Virus record (IMG/VR): IMGVR_UViG_3300042691_044682 | Span: 28,322 to 92,321 of that record | Strand: one strand, 5' to 3' | DNA length: 64,000 nucleotides | Source of the DNA: a virus | Shown here: positions 54,606 to 64,000 of the stretch, piece by piece | How positions within the stretch are numbered: position 1 is the first letter of the stretch | How the letters are laid out: each line of letters begins with the position of its first letter | The notes under the pieces: generated by a model | Told to the model about the DNA's origin: nothing | The model's input: only the letters and a program-made list of their open reading frames with translations | Database searches by the model: none | Made by a program: the position numbers and the translations under genes

Positions 54606-55189
54606 CAGCCCTGCCCGATGACGCGGCGAACCGCCTTCTGCGCAATGGACGGGATCTCGGCCACGGTCTGCTGGACCATGCCTCGCCCGTGCACGTGAGT
54701 TATCGATCCGTCAGCCCTCTGAACCTGCCTTCCGGCTTCGATGCTTCTAGCATACCGCACCGGATTGACGATGCGGATCTTCTCGCCGAGCTGCGCCTGC
54801 GTGAATGGAACGAGGGTCGGATCCTCCAGGCTGCGCACGAAGCCCTCGGCGGCCTCCTGGGCTGCCATGCCGCCGGCGATGCTGCCCGCGATGCCGCCGA
54901 CCGGGCCGCCCAGCGCGGTCCCCGCCGCGGCGCCAGCCGCGCCGCCCGCGAAGCCGGCGGCGATGCCGGCGGCGATCTCGGCGGTGCTCTTGATGCCCTC
55001 GCGGCGCTCCACCGGGAGGTCGGAACTGTCGGTGACCGCCTGCCAGTTCGACCGGAGCCAGCCGGTGCGGACCGGGGTGAGCTCCTTCACGCGGGTCAGC
55101 GCATCCCAGGCGATGGCGATGAAGGCTTCGCGCGCCCGCCCCTCGGCCTTGTCGCACCACCGCCCGACCTGAGTGGCGAAGTCGTCCAT
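54605..55189 (-). CDS. HK97 gp10-like neck protein with glycine-zipper insertion
   Basis: TPVRTGWLRSNW, NPVRYARSIEAG, GMV. Confidence 0.8.
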   Translation of the reverse strand: MDDFATQVGRWCDKAEGRAREAFIAIAWDALTRVKELTPVRTGWLRSNWQAVTDSSDLPVERREGIKSTAEIAAGIAAGFAGGAAGAAAGTALGGPVGGIAGSIAGGMAAQEAAEGFVRSLEDPTLVPFTQAQLGEKIRIVNPVRYARSIEAGRQVQRADGSITHVHGRGMVQQTVAEIPSIAQKAVRRVIGQG

Positions 55190-55782
55190 CAGCGCACCTG
55201 CACGCGCCAGGTGACGGCGATGCCCTCCTCCATGATCGGCTGCGCCACCACGACCGACCGGATGTCGCCGCCGGGCAGCGCCACCTCGTCGCCGGATGCC
55301 GGCGGCCAGGGAAGGTTGCCGGCGGCGATGGTGAGGAAGAGGTCACGCATCTCAACCAGCGTACCGTCCGGGATGCGCTCGCCCAGGCCCTGGATCTCGG
55401 CCGGGACGTCCGCACGCACGTTGAGCCATTCGACCGCCACCGCGGCGCCGTCGGCCAAGCCGACCGGCAGGCCGGCGGTGATGGTCACCGTGGCGGCGTT
55501 GTTGTCCGCGACGGCGTCGGCGGCGACGGCCAGGATGGCATCCCCGATGCGCAGCAGGTCGCCGGCGATGAAGCGGCCGACCATGGCGGTGCCGCGCAGG
55601 CCGAAGGTGGTCGCGCCGGCGAGCGGGTTGCCATTCACCACCAGGCCGGCGATGCGCGCGGGGTTCGGCGCGGGATCGGGGCCGGCGAGGCGGGTGATGT
55701 GGCGGTAGGTCACGCGGCCGCCCTGGCGCCGCTGGTCGCGGCGCGCGACGCGGGCGAGGAGGCGGTCGGTGCGGCGGCTCAC
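55189..55782 (-). CDS. head closure-type protein
   Basis: position; ends WRVQVR. Confidence 0.65.
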   Translation of the reverse strand: MSRRTDRLLARVARRDQRRQGGRVTYRHITRLAGPDPAPNPARIAGLVVNGNPLAGATTFGLRGTAMVGRFIAGDLLRIGDAILAVAADAVADNNAATVTITAGLPVGLADGAAVAVEWLNVRADVPAEIQGLGERIPDGTLVEMRDLFLTIAAGNLPWPPASGDEVALPGGDIRSVVVAQPIMEEGIAVTWRVQVR

Positions 55783-56309
55783 TGGTGCATCCAGGAGCGC
55801 CGGTAGGGCGCGAGGATGGTCTGGGCGGCGCGCGGCAGCGAACCGGGACCGCCGGGCTGGTAGGAGCCGCCGAAGTTGCCGCCCTCGGCGAGCAGGTTGG
55901 CGTCGAGGTCGCCGGCGTCGAAGACGGCCTGGGCGGTGATCATGATGGCGGTCTTCACGTCGGCCGGCGCGGCGGCGAGGCCACCGGTGTAGGTCAGGGT
56001 AATGACCTGGCTCCGCGCGAAGTAGGCGCCGTTCGACCGCCGCACCCAGATGTCCGAATGCGTGACGTCCACGCTGGTGCCGTCGACCAGGCAGGAGGCG
56101 ACGGCGGTGATCGGCGTGCGGCGCGGGTAGATGGTCGGCGCGTCGGTCGGGCGCACCGATTCCGTCACCTGCTGGGAGAGGAGGCTGCGGCCCATGAAGG
56201 CGTCGGCCATGGCCTCGGCGGCCGCGATGGCGGCGCGCAGCTGGTTGTCATGGTCGCCCGTCGTCACCCCGAGGAAGTCCTTGAGCTCATCGAGCGTGAC
56301 GTAGGGCAT
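55779..56309 (-). CDS. head-tail connector protein
   Basis: YVTLDELKDFL...YTGG...PADVKTA...ILAPYRR. Confidence 0.85.
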   Translation of the reverse strand: MPYVTLDELKDFLGVTTGDHDNQLRAAIAAAEAMADAFMGRSLLSQQVTESVRPTDAPTIYPRRTPITAVASCLVDGTSVDVTHSDIWVRRSNGAYFARSQVITLTYTGGLAAAPADVKTAIMITAQAVFDAGDLDANLLAEGGNFGGSYQPGGPGSLPRAAQTILAPYRRSWMHQ

Positions 56310-56315
56310 GGCGGA

Positions 56316-56576
56316 TCAGCCTTCGGTCTTCTTGCTGCGACCGGCCTTGGGCGCCGGCGGCTGCTCGGGCGGCTGCTCGGGCGGCTGCTCGGGCTCGGAC
56401 GGGGGCTCGGGCGGGGGCTCGGGGACCATCTCGAGCTTCACGCCGTGATTCTGGAACGCGGCGAGATACAGGGCATTGAGATCGATCTCGAACACGCCGT
56501 TCTCGTCGGCCGTGAACGCAGTGCCGTCCGGCATGGTGAGCCCGGTGATCGGCGGGCTGCTCTGGAAGCGGGGCAT
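56316..56576 (-). CDS. small Pro/Glu-rich protein
   Basis: agga SD; follows capsid gene. Confidence 0.65.
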   Translation of the reverse strand: MPRFQSSPPITGLTMPDGTAFTADENGVFEIDLNALYLAAFQNHGVKLEMVPEPPPEPPSEPEQPPEQPPEQPPAPKAGRSKKTEG

Positions 56577-56655
56577 CGGGGGGGTTTCCTGTGCCAGGAG
56601 TTGCGGAGCGAAACGGGGAGGGTCACCCCTCCCCGCCCGCAGGCTCGCCGCGGCC

Positions 56656-58209
56656 TCAGCCGGCGGCGATGTTGCTGATGACCGCCTGGCCCGGCAGGAA
56701 GTAGCACTGCAGGACCTGGTCGGTGTAGACGCCGTACTCGTAGCTGCGAGTCCGGAGCGGCCACTCCATCTGGTAGTAGTCCTGACGGCACAGGACCCGG
56801 TTCACCTCGCCGACGCCCGACAGCGGATACGGGATCTCGTGCGTCAGGAAGAGGATGGTCCCCGGCGGCACGTTCGGGTGCAGCTTGATCGGGATCTCCT
56901 GCGCCCCATCCATCGAGTACTGGTTGATGTACCCGCGGATCATGCCGCCCGCACGGATGCCATCCTGCGCCGCCATGTAGGTGAAGCGCTGCATGGAGGT
57001 GGAGGCGCCCGTGGTGGCCTTGGCGCGCATCGAGCCGAGCTCGCGCGCGTTCACCCAGATCTCGGACGGCGAGATCTTCAGGTTGTCCCAGTACCAGCGC
57101 AGCACGTAGTCGATCTCGACGATGCCGCCGGCATTGTCCGAGGTCAGCGGCGTGCCCGTGCCGGCCGTGCCGGTGGCGAGGTTGTGCCACAGCGCGCCCG
57201 AGCCCGACTTGGCCACCATCGACATGAAGCCATCGTGCACCAGCGCGTTCTGGCTCCGGTCGTTCGACACCAGGTCCGCCGGAAGCGCCTGGTTGCCGCC
57301 GGCCGGAAGCGCGGTGATGACCGTGGAGTTGATCGTGGTGATCGCGTGGAGCTTCAGGTTCGCCGCGGTGCCGTCCGTCGAGCCCGCGTACCAGGCGTAG
57401 GCGACCGCGCCCTTCACCGGAGCGACGGAAGCGCTGACCACGTGCACCGAGCCGCCGGAGCCCGCCGTCGCCTGCGAGGCGGCGTCGGACGCCTGGCTGG
57501 AGCCGCCGCCGAAGGCCTGCGAGGTGCCGTCCGCGTTGGTGCGGGACACCTCGGCACGGATGCCGGTCGCGAGCGACTGCGCCGCGCCGTGCATGTAGCC
57601 CTCGAGGGTCAGCGCCACGACGCGGACATAGACCGTCGTCGCCTGCGCGATGGTGCCGCCGGATGCCGCGGTGGCGAGCGTCGGCGTCGGCGCCTTGCCG
57701 AGGCCGAAGGTGCCCAGGCCGCCGAGGATGACCTTCTCCTCGCCGATCATGAGCGCGCGCAGGTTGGACTGCACCGCGCGGGCCTTCGCATCGTCGAAGC
57801 CCTGCGCCGCCAGCTGCGCCTCGAAGGTCACGTCGCCCTCGATGCCCAGCGTGCGGAACTGCGCGAAGTAGTCCGCGGTGGTGACGGCCTGCACGCCGCC
57901 ACGACGGCCCTCGCCGACACCGACACCGATGTTCGAGGTGTCGATTCCGGTGATCGCACGCCAGTTCGCCTGGATGCCGGCGCCGCCCGTCGCGCGGGAC
58001 AACTTGTTCCGCAGCGGCGTGATGACGGGCATGAGGAGCTTGGCGGGCGCCTCGAGCGAATACGCCGTCAGCCCGGAGGTGGCCGAGCCGGACTGCGCGA
58101 AGGTGGCCTTGGCGAGCTGGCCAGGGTCCATCGCCTTGGCGAGCGCTTCCTTCACGACCGACAGCGACCGCGCGCTGTCGACCGGGTTTCCGTACTGGTC
58201 GAAGTTCAT
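56656..58209 (-). CDS. major capsid protein
   Basis: size, position, strong codon bias; LEAPAKLL.PV.TPLRN, DYYQMEWP..TRSYEYGVY, ISNIAAG. Confidence 0.8.
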   Translation of the reverse strand: MNFDQYGNPVDSARSLSVVKEALAKAMDPGQLAKATFAQSGSATSGLTAYSLEAPAKLLMPVITPLRNKLSRATGGAGIQANWRAITGIDTSNIGVGVGEGRRGGVQAVTTADYFAQFRTLGIEGDVTFEAQLAAQGFDDAKARAVQSNLRALMIGEEKVILGGLGTFGLGKAPTPTLATAASGGTIAQATTVYVRVVALTLEGYMHGAAQSLATGIRAEVSRTNADGTSQAFGGGSSQASDAASQATAGSGGSVHVVSASVAPVKGAVAYAWYAGSTDGTAANLKLHAITTINSTVITALPAGGNQALPADLVSNDRSQNALVHDGFMSMVAKSGSGALWHNLATGTAGTGTPLTSDNAGGIVEIDYVLRWYWDNLKISPSEIWVNARELGSMRAKATTGASTSMQRFTYMAAQDGIRAGGMIRGYINQYSMDGAQEIPIKLHPNVPPGTILFLTHEIPYPLSGVGEVNRVLCRQDYYQMEWPLRTRSYEYGVYTDQVLQCYFLPGQAVISNIAAG

Positions 58210-58496
58210 GGGTGTGGGTTCCCGGCTCCCTCGGGGAGCCGCGCGTCGCCGCGCCCCAGCGGCGTCGTGCACGGGGCTGGACAGCGCTCAGCCGCGCCCG
58301 CACCCGCGCGCTGCGCGCCGGGCGTGGCCGTGTCGTCGTGCTGTCAGAGGTGCCGGTTGCTCAGGCCGGCGATTTGCGAGCGGCGCCGCGCGAGGCGACG
58401 CGAGGCGGAACCGGCACGAGGCCGGACCGCGAACCTGGAATCAGAAAGGGCCCGCGGCGGTTGCCAGCGGGCCCTTCTGTCGTTGCGCCGAACGCC

Positions 58497-59903
58497 TCAG
58501 CGGATCGGCGGCAGCGCGCTGATCGGCTTGCTCAGCGCCATCTTGGTGAGCACCAGCGCGGCCTTCTCGGGGTCGTGCTCGTACTGCTTCGCGAGGTCGT
58601 TGACGTTGATCTCGCCGGGGTCGCCGCCGGTCTCCGCCGCCTTCGACAGGGCCGGCGCCAGCATCGCCTTGGGCGGGGCCGCGGCCTTGCCCAGGGCGGT
58701 CATCTGGCTCGTCACCTCGGCCAGCTGCTTCTTGAGGGCGTCGATCTCGGCCACCGTGGCAGGGTCGGGGCCGGCCGCCTTGGCGAGGTCCGTCGTCTTG
58801 CGGCTCTTCTCGAACTCGTCGGCGCCCACCGGCTCGGGCTCGCCGCCCTCGACCGGCGGGCCCTCACCCACCTGCGGCTCGGCATAGCCCTCGTCGCCCT
58901 CGCCGTTCGCCGCGTCGAGCAGCGCATCGGCGGTGGCCGTCAGGAGCGCGGCGTGCTGGCCCATGGCATCGAGCATCGAGAGCTCGCCGCCGCCCTGGTC
59001 GCCGCCCTGCAGCGCTTCCGGCGGCAGGCCGGCGCGGATGTTCTCGATCTCGACCAGCATCATCGAGCCGAGGCGCGAGAGGTTGTCGAGCGGGTTGTCG
59101 GAGGCCTCGGCGCCCTCGCCCTCCTCGAACTCCCCGCCTTCCTCGTCGCCGAACTCCCCGCCTTCCTCGCCCTCGTCGAGCTCCTCGTCTTCCTCGCCCT
59201 CGGCGCCCTCGGCATCGAGCTCCTCGTCGTCTTCCTCGTCGTCTTCCTCGGCCCGCGCCTGGGGCGGGAAGGGCGCCTTCTTCGCCAGGCGCTTCGCCAG
59301 GTTCACGCGCGCGGACTTGCCGAGCGCGTCGAAGCCCGTCTCCACCAGGGCGCGCGGCGCCACCCCAGCCATGCTCAGCAGGTCGAAGCCGAGCAGCGCC
59401 AGCGCCTCGGCCGTGTCCGCCGGATCGGCGAGCAGCTGCGCGGACGCCTCCGGCAGCACCGTCTTCACCAGGATCTCGCCCCCGGCGGCATTGGACGCCA
59501 CCTTGACCAGGGACAGCCCATCCTCGACCCCCTCGCCCTGCTCGACCGGCGCGGCGAAGTCCGTCGCCGCGGTGCGGACGACGATCTCGCCCATGTCGCA
59601 CCAGGCCTTGGCCAGCGTCAGGGCCTCGTCGCTCACGGCGCCGGCGGGCAGATCGAGGCACGCGCCGTTCTCGATCATGTCCACCGCGCGCTCGATGCCG
59701 GCGAGGCTGTCCGCGAGGACGGAGACCGGGTCGGCCTCCCCGGGGCCGAGCGGCAGCTCGGCATCGAGCTTCTTCGCCAGGTGGTCGCTGAAGGCGTCGA
59801 ACGACTTCTTCAGCATCTCCTCCCGGTTGTCGGGGTTCGCATTGATGATCTCGGACACGCTGGTGCGCAGCGCGTCGACCATCTCCAGAAAGGCCTTCGC
59901 CAT
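58497..59903 (-). CDS. acidic scaffold-like head protein
   Basis: caggag SD at MAKAF; acidic tract; C-terminal coiled coil; frame also open to 60074. Confidence 0.6.
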   Translation of the reverse strand: MAKAFLEMVDALRTSVSEIINANPDNREEMLKKSFDAFSDHLAKKLDAELPLGPGEADPVSVLADSLAGIERAVDMIENGACLDLPAGAVSDEALTLAKAWCDMGEIVVRTAATDFAAPVEQGEGVEDGLSLVKVASNAAGGEILVKTVLPEASAQLLADPADTAEALALLGFDLLSMAGVAPRALVETGFDALGKSARVNLAKRLAKKAPFPPQARAEEDDEEDDEELDAEGAEGEEDEELDEGEEGGEFGDEEGGEFEEGEGAEASDNPLDNLSRLGSMMLVEIENIRAGLPPEALQGGDQGGGELSMLDAMGQHAALLTATADALLDAANGEGDEGYAEPQVGEGPPVEGGEPEPVGADEFEKSRKTTDLAKAAGPDPATVAEIDALKKQLAEVTSQMTALGKAAAPPKAMLAPALSKAAETGGDPGEINVNDLAKQYEHDPEKAALVLTKMALSKPISALPPIR

Positions 59904-60070
59904 GGTGGTCTCCTGCTGATCGTCCCGGAACCGCCGCCGCCGGCGGTGGCTGCGCACCACGCCGGGTCGGACGGAACCCCGGGCGGCGTTGCGGATGGCG
60001 CGGTCGGAACCGACCAAGCCGTAGGGAGCCAGGCCGGTCGTCGGACCGGTCGGCTGGGTGAAGGTCGCGC

Positions 60071-63000
60071 TCATTGGTAGGTCGGCGTCGGCATCGCGCC
60101 GCGCGCCACGCGCGCCGCGACCTCGGGGCCGTAGCGCTTCTCGGCGGCGGCATAGGCACGCGCCGCCACTTCCTCGACGCCCAGGCTGGCGATCGCGCCG
60201 TAGATCGTGCCGCGCATCGCGGTCTTGGCCGCGGCGCTCACCACCGCCTGGGTGCCGATGCCGGCCCCGGCGCGGGTCAGCTCCTCGCCCGCTTCGCGCT
60301 CCGGCGGATCCCAGCCGGGCGGGGCCTCCTTGCCGCGCATGCGGTAGGTCGCCGCGCCCACCTCCTCGCCGCCCATCTGCCCCCCGAGGCCGCCAGCGAT
60401 GGCGCCAGCGAGCACGGCGGGCCCGCGGATGCCGATGGCAGCCGTCTTGCCGGCCGCACGGGCGGCGAAGCGCGCGGTGCGCGGCCCGATCGCGCCACCG
60501 AGGCGCGAAGCCAGGCGGGCGACGGTGCCGGCGGTGCGCAGCGGCTTCGGCAAATAGCGGCTCGCCACCTCGAAGGCTGCCGCGCCACCCAGCGCGCCGC
60601 CGAGCATGCCGCCCATCCGGACGGGCTCGAAGAAGCTGCGCTCGGGCGGCGCGGGCGGCGCTTGGCGCTCAGCGCGCGGGCGCGCCGGACCGCTGCCGCC
60701 GGCCTTCGGGGCGAACTCGCCGCCGCGGTCGTCGCCACGCGGGTTGCGCCGGATCTTCTGCTCGTCGAACTCACGCCGACGGCCGGGGATGCCCTCCTCC
60801 GCTGCCTTGCGCAGCAGGGCATGCGAGGCCTTGCGGAGATCGCCGGCCGACCAGGAGGCCTCCTTCCTCTTGGCGGGGCGGATCCTGCCCATGGTGCGCC
60901 GCTCGGCCTCGGCCTGGACCTCCGCCCACCAATCCTCGGCCGAACGCTCGGGCGTCCGCTTGCTCGCGAGATCCTGCTCCACCGCGCGAACCGCGGCATC
61001 GAACATCTGCTCCACCCGCGCGCGCCCGGCCATGCTGAGCACCTTGACGCCGTAGCCGCCATCCGAGACCGGGCGGGTGAGTTTGCCCACGCCGTCGACG
61101 ATGGCGCCCTTCCGGGCTTCCTCGTCGTCGAAGGACTCCACCGTCGTCGCCCCTTGTGGCGAGGTGCGCACGGTCGCCGCCGGCGGCGGGCCTGCGACGG
61201 GCGCGGGCTTGGGCGCCGGGGCCGGGGAGGCGGCACGCTTGCTCTCGATCTCGCCGATCAGCCGCGTCGCCTCGTCCGAGGTCAGCCGCATGCCCTGCGC
61301 CGGCACGATGTGCTGGTAGAAGCCGACGATCCGGCGCACGGCCTGCATCTGCGCGTCGTCGCGCGGCGGGGCGAGGCCGGTGAGCGAGTTCCTCAGCGCG
61401 CCCGCGAACTTCGCCTTCTCGGTGCCGGTGCCATAGGATTCGCGGACACCCGGCAGCAGCAGGCCGGCCTGCTTGTCGGTGCCGGCGAGCACCTGGTGGA
61501 TGAAGTTCGGGTTGAGCAGGTTGGTCTCATCCGCCTCGAACACCCGCGCCGCCGTCTCATACCAGGCCCCGGTGTTGAACTTGCCGCCCGCCCGGACCTT
61601 GTCGGAGACTTCCTTGAGCAGCGCATCGCGGACCTGCAGGCCGGGCTGCTGCACCTCGGCATCGCCGCTGGAATCCTGCTTGCGGTACGAGAAGGCGTCG
61701 TCGCCGAGCTCGTCGGCGCGAACGACGTAGCCCTTGGCGTTTGCCACCCCGAGCGCCTTGGCCCAGGCCTCGTGCTGCTCCTGGCTGCCCTCGACGCGCG
61801 GCTTGGCGCCGCCCTGGCCGGGCTTCTGCTGCTGCGCCTGGCGGCGGTTGCGGGCCATCTCGTTCGTGTCGGCGACAACGTCCTTCACCCGCGAGCCCGC
61901 GGGGATGTCCTGCACGACCTGCTTGCCGTCCTTGTCCTTCACGATGCGGACGCCACTCACCACGATGCGCTCGCCGGAAAGGTTCGGGGCGGCGATCAGG
62001 CTGAGGCGCACCTCGCTGTCGAGGCCCGGGTTGCGGATGAAGTTCACCGGCCGCGGGCGGGTCTCCGCGGCGACGAGGTGCGCCGGGATGTCTTTCACGC
62101 GGTCGAAGCGGAAGTTCACCTCCCCGTCGTCGGCCTGGTCGGCGAGGCCGAGGGTGGTGGCGATCGCCGTGCCGGTCGCCCCGGCGACGAGCAGCTCCTT
62201 CGCGTTCCGGTTGGCCCAGCGCGCGCCGCTCATGACACCTGTGCCGGCGTCTTGCGCCTTCGTCTTCAGCGTCTCGATCGACGGCAGGCGCGCCGCCACC
62301 GCGTCCTTCACCTCGCGGCCGAGCCGTGCCGCGTCCTGCCCGAAGGAGCGCAGCGGCGGGCCGAGGCGGTTCATCAGGTCGCGCGCCCGCTGGAAGCCCA
62401 CGGGCACGTTGTCGCTCTCCCGCACGCCGCGCAGGGCGCGCTGGTAGACCGCCTGGGCCGCGTTGGCGGCGCGGTCGAGGTCGGCCACCGAGCGGGACGC
62501 CGCCTGGGCGATCTCGTCGGTAAGGCCCTTGAGCTCGTTGGTCGAGACGGCCGAGATGAGGGCGTTCAACTCCTTGTCGTCGACCGGGCGCGAGGTGAGG
62601 AAGGTGGTGCGCGCCCACGGGTTCTCGATCGGCGGCGCCTTCGCGGGCTTCAGCGCGTCAGCCGCCTCAGCCACCCGCTTCATGGCGGCCTCGGCGCTGG
62701 TGTTGAGGTCGGCGACCTCGGCCTCGAGCTTGGCGATGTCGTCGCGGTACTTCGGGAGGTTCTTGATCGGCGACTCGCCGCCGTCCTTCACGATCTGCTC
62801 GACCTCCTCGAGGCGCTGCTGGCGCCGCGTGAGGTCGCTCTGCTTGAGGGCATGGGCGGTCTTCAGATCGACGGCTTCCTTGCGGATGGCCTGGTTCGCC
62901 TGCGCCAACGCATCGATCCGCGCCTTGTAGGCGGCCTTGGCGTCGGACGCCTCGCTCCGGATCTTGTCGATGATGGTCTTCTGGCGATCGGTGAGCGGGA

Positions 63001-64000
63001 AGCCGTCGTAGTTCCCGTTCATCAGGTCGCTGAGCGCGTCGGGCTTCGCGACCTTGCCGTCCTTGCCGACCAGCACCTTGCTGGTCAGGGCGGACTTGAG
63101 GCGCTTCCAGTCCTCGGGCTTCTGGCCCTTCTCGTAGAAGCCGGCCTTCGCCCCGGCGAGGCCGCGCAGGCGATCGCGCAGCTGGAGGTCCACCTGCAGG
63201 TTCGCCCAGTCGGTGGGGTCGGAGGAGTTCCAGGCCGCCTTGAGGGCGTCCGTGGTCGCCTTGCTGCGCCGCGTGGCGGCTTCCAGCGCCGGGCCCTTCG
63301 CGCGCTCGAGGTTGACCATGGCGCGCTCGCGCGCGCGGTCGCGCAGCAGCTTCAGGCGCTCGTCGGCGGGGAGCGCCTGGTAGTCGGGAGTGCCGGGCTT
63401 CGGCGGGTAGGCGGTGAAGGGCGAGCGGGTGGTGGTGGCCTTGCTGCCGTCGGTCAGGGTCTGCTCGGCCGAAATGGTGGGCTCAGCGCCGGAGCGGCGC
63501 GCGGTGGCCTGGGTGCCGAGCTTGAGGTCCGGGCGCTTGGTGTCCGGGCCGCGCGACGCCATGAACGATGCCGGGACGCTGACCGAGACTTCGCCGGTCG
63601 TGTCGGGGCGGATGACGCGCGTGCCCGGGACGCCTTCGAGGATGCGGCGCGCCACGGCGGCGTTGCGGCCGCGGATGAACTGGGCGCCGGCGATGGCGCC
63701 GCCGACGACGCCGGCACCGGCCAGGCCGGCGATCACGCCGCGCTCGTGCGCGCTGAGCCCTTCCGCCTTCGGACCGCGATCGCCGACGTCGCGCTCCTTC
63801 GACGTGAAGCGGCCGTTCTCGTCGCGGTAGTAGCGCCGGTTGGCCATGACGCCGCCGTAACCCGCAGCCGCGCCCGCGCCGCCACCCAGCGCAGCGCCGC
63901 CCAGGGCGGTAAGGCCGAGGCCGCCGAGGCCATAGGCGCCGGCCTGGCGCATGCGGGTGCGCGCGGCCAGACGGCCGATGCGCTCGTACTTGGCCGAGCG
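60071..64000 (-). CDS. very large head-region protein, 5'-truncated by window edge
   Basis: >1300 codons, open to window end; RDENGRF / RNPRGDDRGGEF motifs, glycine zippers, coiled coil. Confidence 0.8.
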   Translation of the reverse strand, partial: RSAKYERIGRLAARTRMRQAGAYGLGGLGLTALGGAALGGGAGAAAGYGGVMANRRYYRDENGRFTSKERDVGDRGPKAEGLSAHERGVIAGLAGAGVVGGAIAGAQFIRGRNAAVARRILEGVPGTRVIRPDTTGEVSVSVPASFMASRGPDTKRPDLKLGTQATARRSGAEPTISAEQTLTDGSKATTTRSPFTAYPPKPGTPDYQALPADERLKLLRDRARERAMVNLERAKGPALEAATRRSKATTDALKAAWNSSDPTDWANLQVDLQLRDRLRGLAGAKAGFYEKGQKPEDWKRLKSALTSKVLVGKDGKVAKPDALSDLMNGNYDGFPLTDRQKTIIDKIRSEASDAKAAYKARIDALAQANQAIRKEAVDLKTAHALKQSDLTRRQQRLEEVEQIVKDGGESPIKNLPKYRDDIAKLEAEVADLNTSAEAAMKRVAEAADALKPAKAPPIENPWARTTFLTSRPVDDKELNALISAVSTNELKGLTDEIAQAASRSVADLDRAANAAQAVYQRALRGVRESDNVPVGFQRARDLMNRLGPPLRSFGQDAARLGREVKDAVAARLPSIETLKTKAQDAGTGVMSGARWANRNAKELLVAGATGTAIATTLGLADQADDGEVNFRFDRVKDIPAHLVAAETRPRPVNFIRNPGLDSEVRLSLIAAPNLSGERIVVSGVRIVKDKDGKQVVQDIPAGSRVKDVVADTNEMARNRRQAQQQKPGQGGAKPRVEGSQEQHEAWAKALGVANAKGYVVRADELGDDAFSYRKQDSSGDAEVQQPGLQVRDALLKEVSDKVRAGGKFNTGAWYETAARVFEADETNLLNPNFIHQVLAGTDKQAGLLLPGVRESYGTGTEKAKFAGALRNSLTGLAPPRDDAQMQAVRRIVGFYQHIVPAQGMRLTSDEATRLIGEIESKRAASPAPAPKPAPVAGPPPAATVRTSPQGATTVESFDDEEARKGAIVDGVGKLTRPVSDGGYGVKVLSMAGRARVEQMFDAAVRAVEQDLASKRTPERSAEDWWAEVQAEAERRTMGRIRPAKRKEASWSAGDLRKASHALLRKAAEEGIPGRRREFDEQKIRRNPRGDDRGGEFAPKAGGSGPARPRAERQAPPAPPERSFFEPVRMGGMLGGALGGAAAFEVASRYLPKPLRTAGTVARLASRLGGAIGPRTARFAARAAGKTAAIGIRGPAVLAGAIAGGLGGQMGGEEVGAATYRMRGKEAPPGWDPPEREAGEELTRAGAGIGTQAVVSAAAKTAMRGTIYGAIASLGVEEVAARAYAAAEKRYGPEVAARVARGAMPTPTYQ

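Overview
GC-rich temperate tailed phage (siphovirus-like) of an alphaproteobacterial host. The host assignment is inferred from GcrA, GapR and a suhB/MmgR-type sRNA. The sequence appears to be the excised or virion form: an intact attP (tRNA-Glu 3' half, 24670-24709) sits beside the integrase with phage genes on both sides. Layout: 1-2.3 kb and 7.7-14.3 kb are arrays of small unrelated early genes; 3.1-7.5 kb is a regulation/replication block; 14.5-24.7 kb carries RecE/RecT, host-regulator homologues, xis and int; 25.9-64 kb on the minus strand carries lysis, tail fibre, tail and head genes. The most unusual signals are non-coding. (1) Twelve ~100-nt intergenic elements each precede an early gene. 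They consist of a long hairpin, then a sequence-variable but covarying H-type pseudoknot with a fixed CC[G/T]TCG-type loop, then the Shine-Dalgarno. Two copies instead fold as a hammerhead-like three-way junction with a non-canonical core. (2) A ~630-nt densely base-paired ORF-free segment (2470-3100) has its own promoter and terminator and is a candidate large structured ncRNA. (3) A phage-borne suhB/MmgR-like anti-SD sRNA. (4) A CACA-N6-TGTG operator occurs at six intergenic sites, one of them in front of a methyltransferase-nuclease-GT9 cassette embedded among the tail genes. All structure calls were made by eye; no folding or database search was run.
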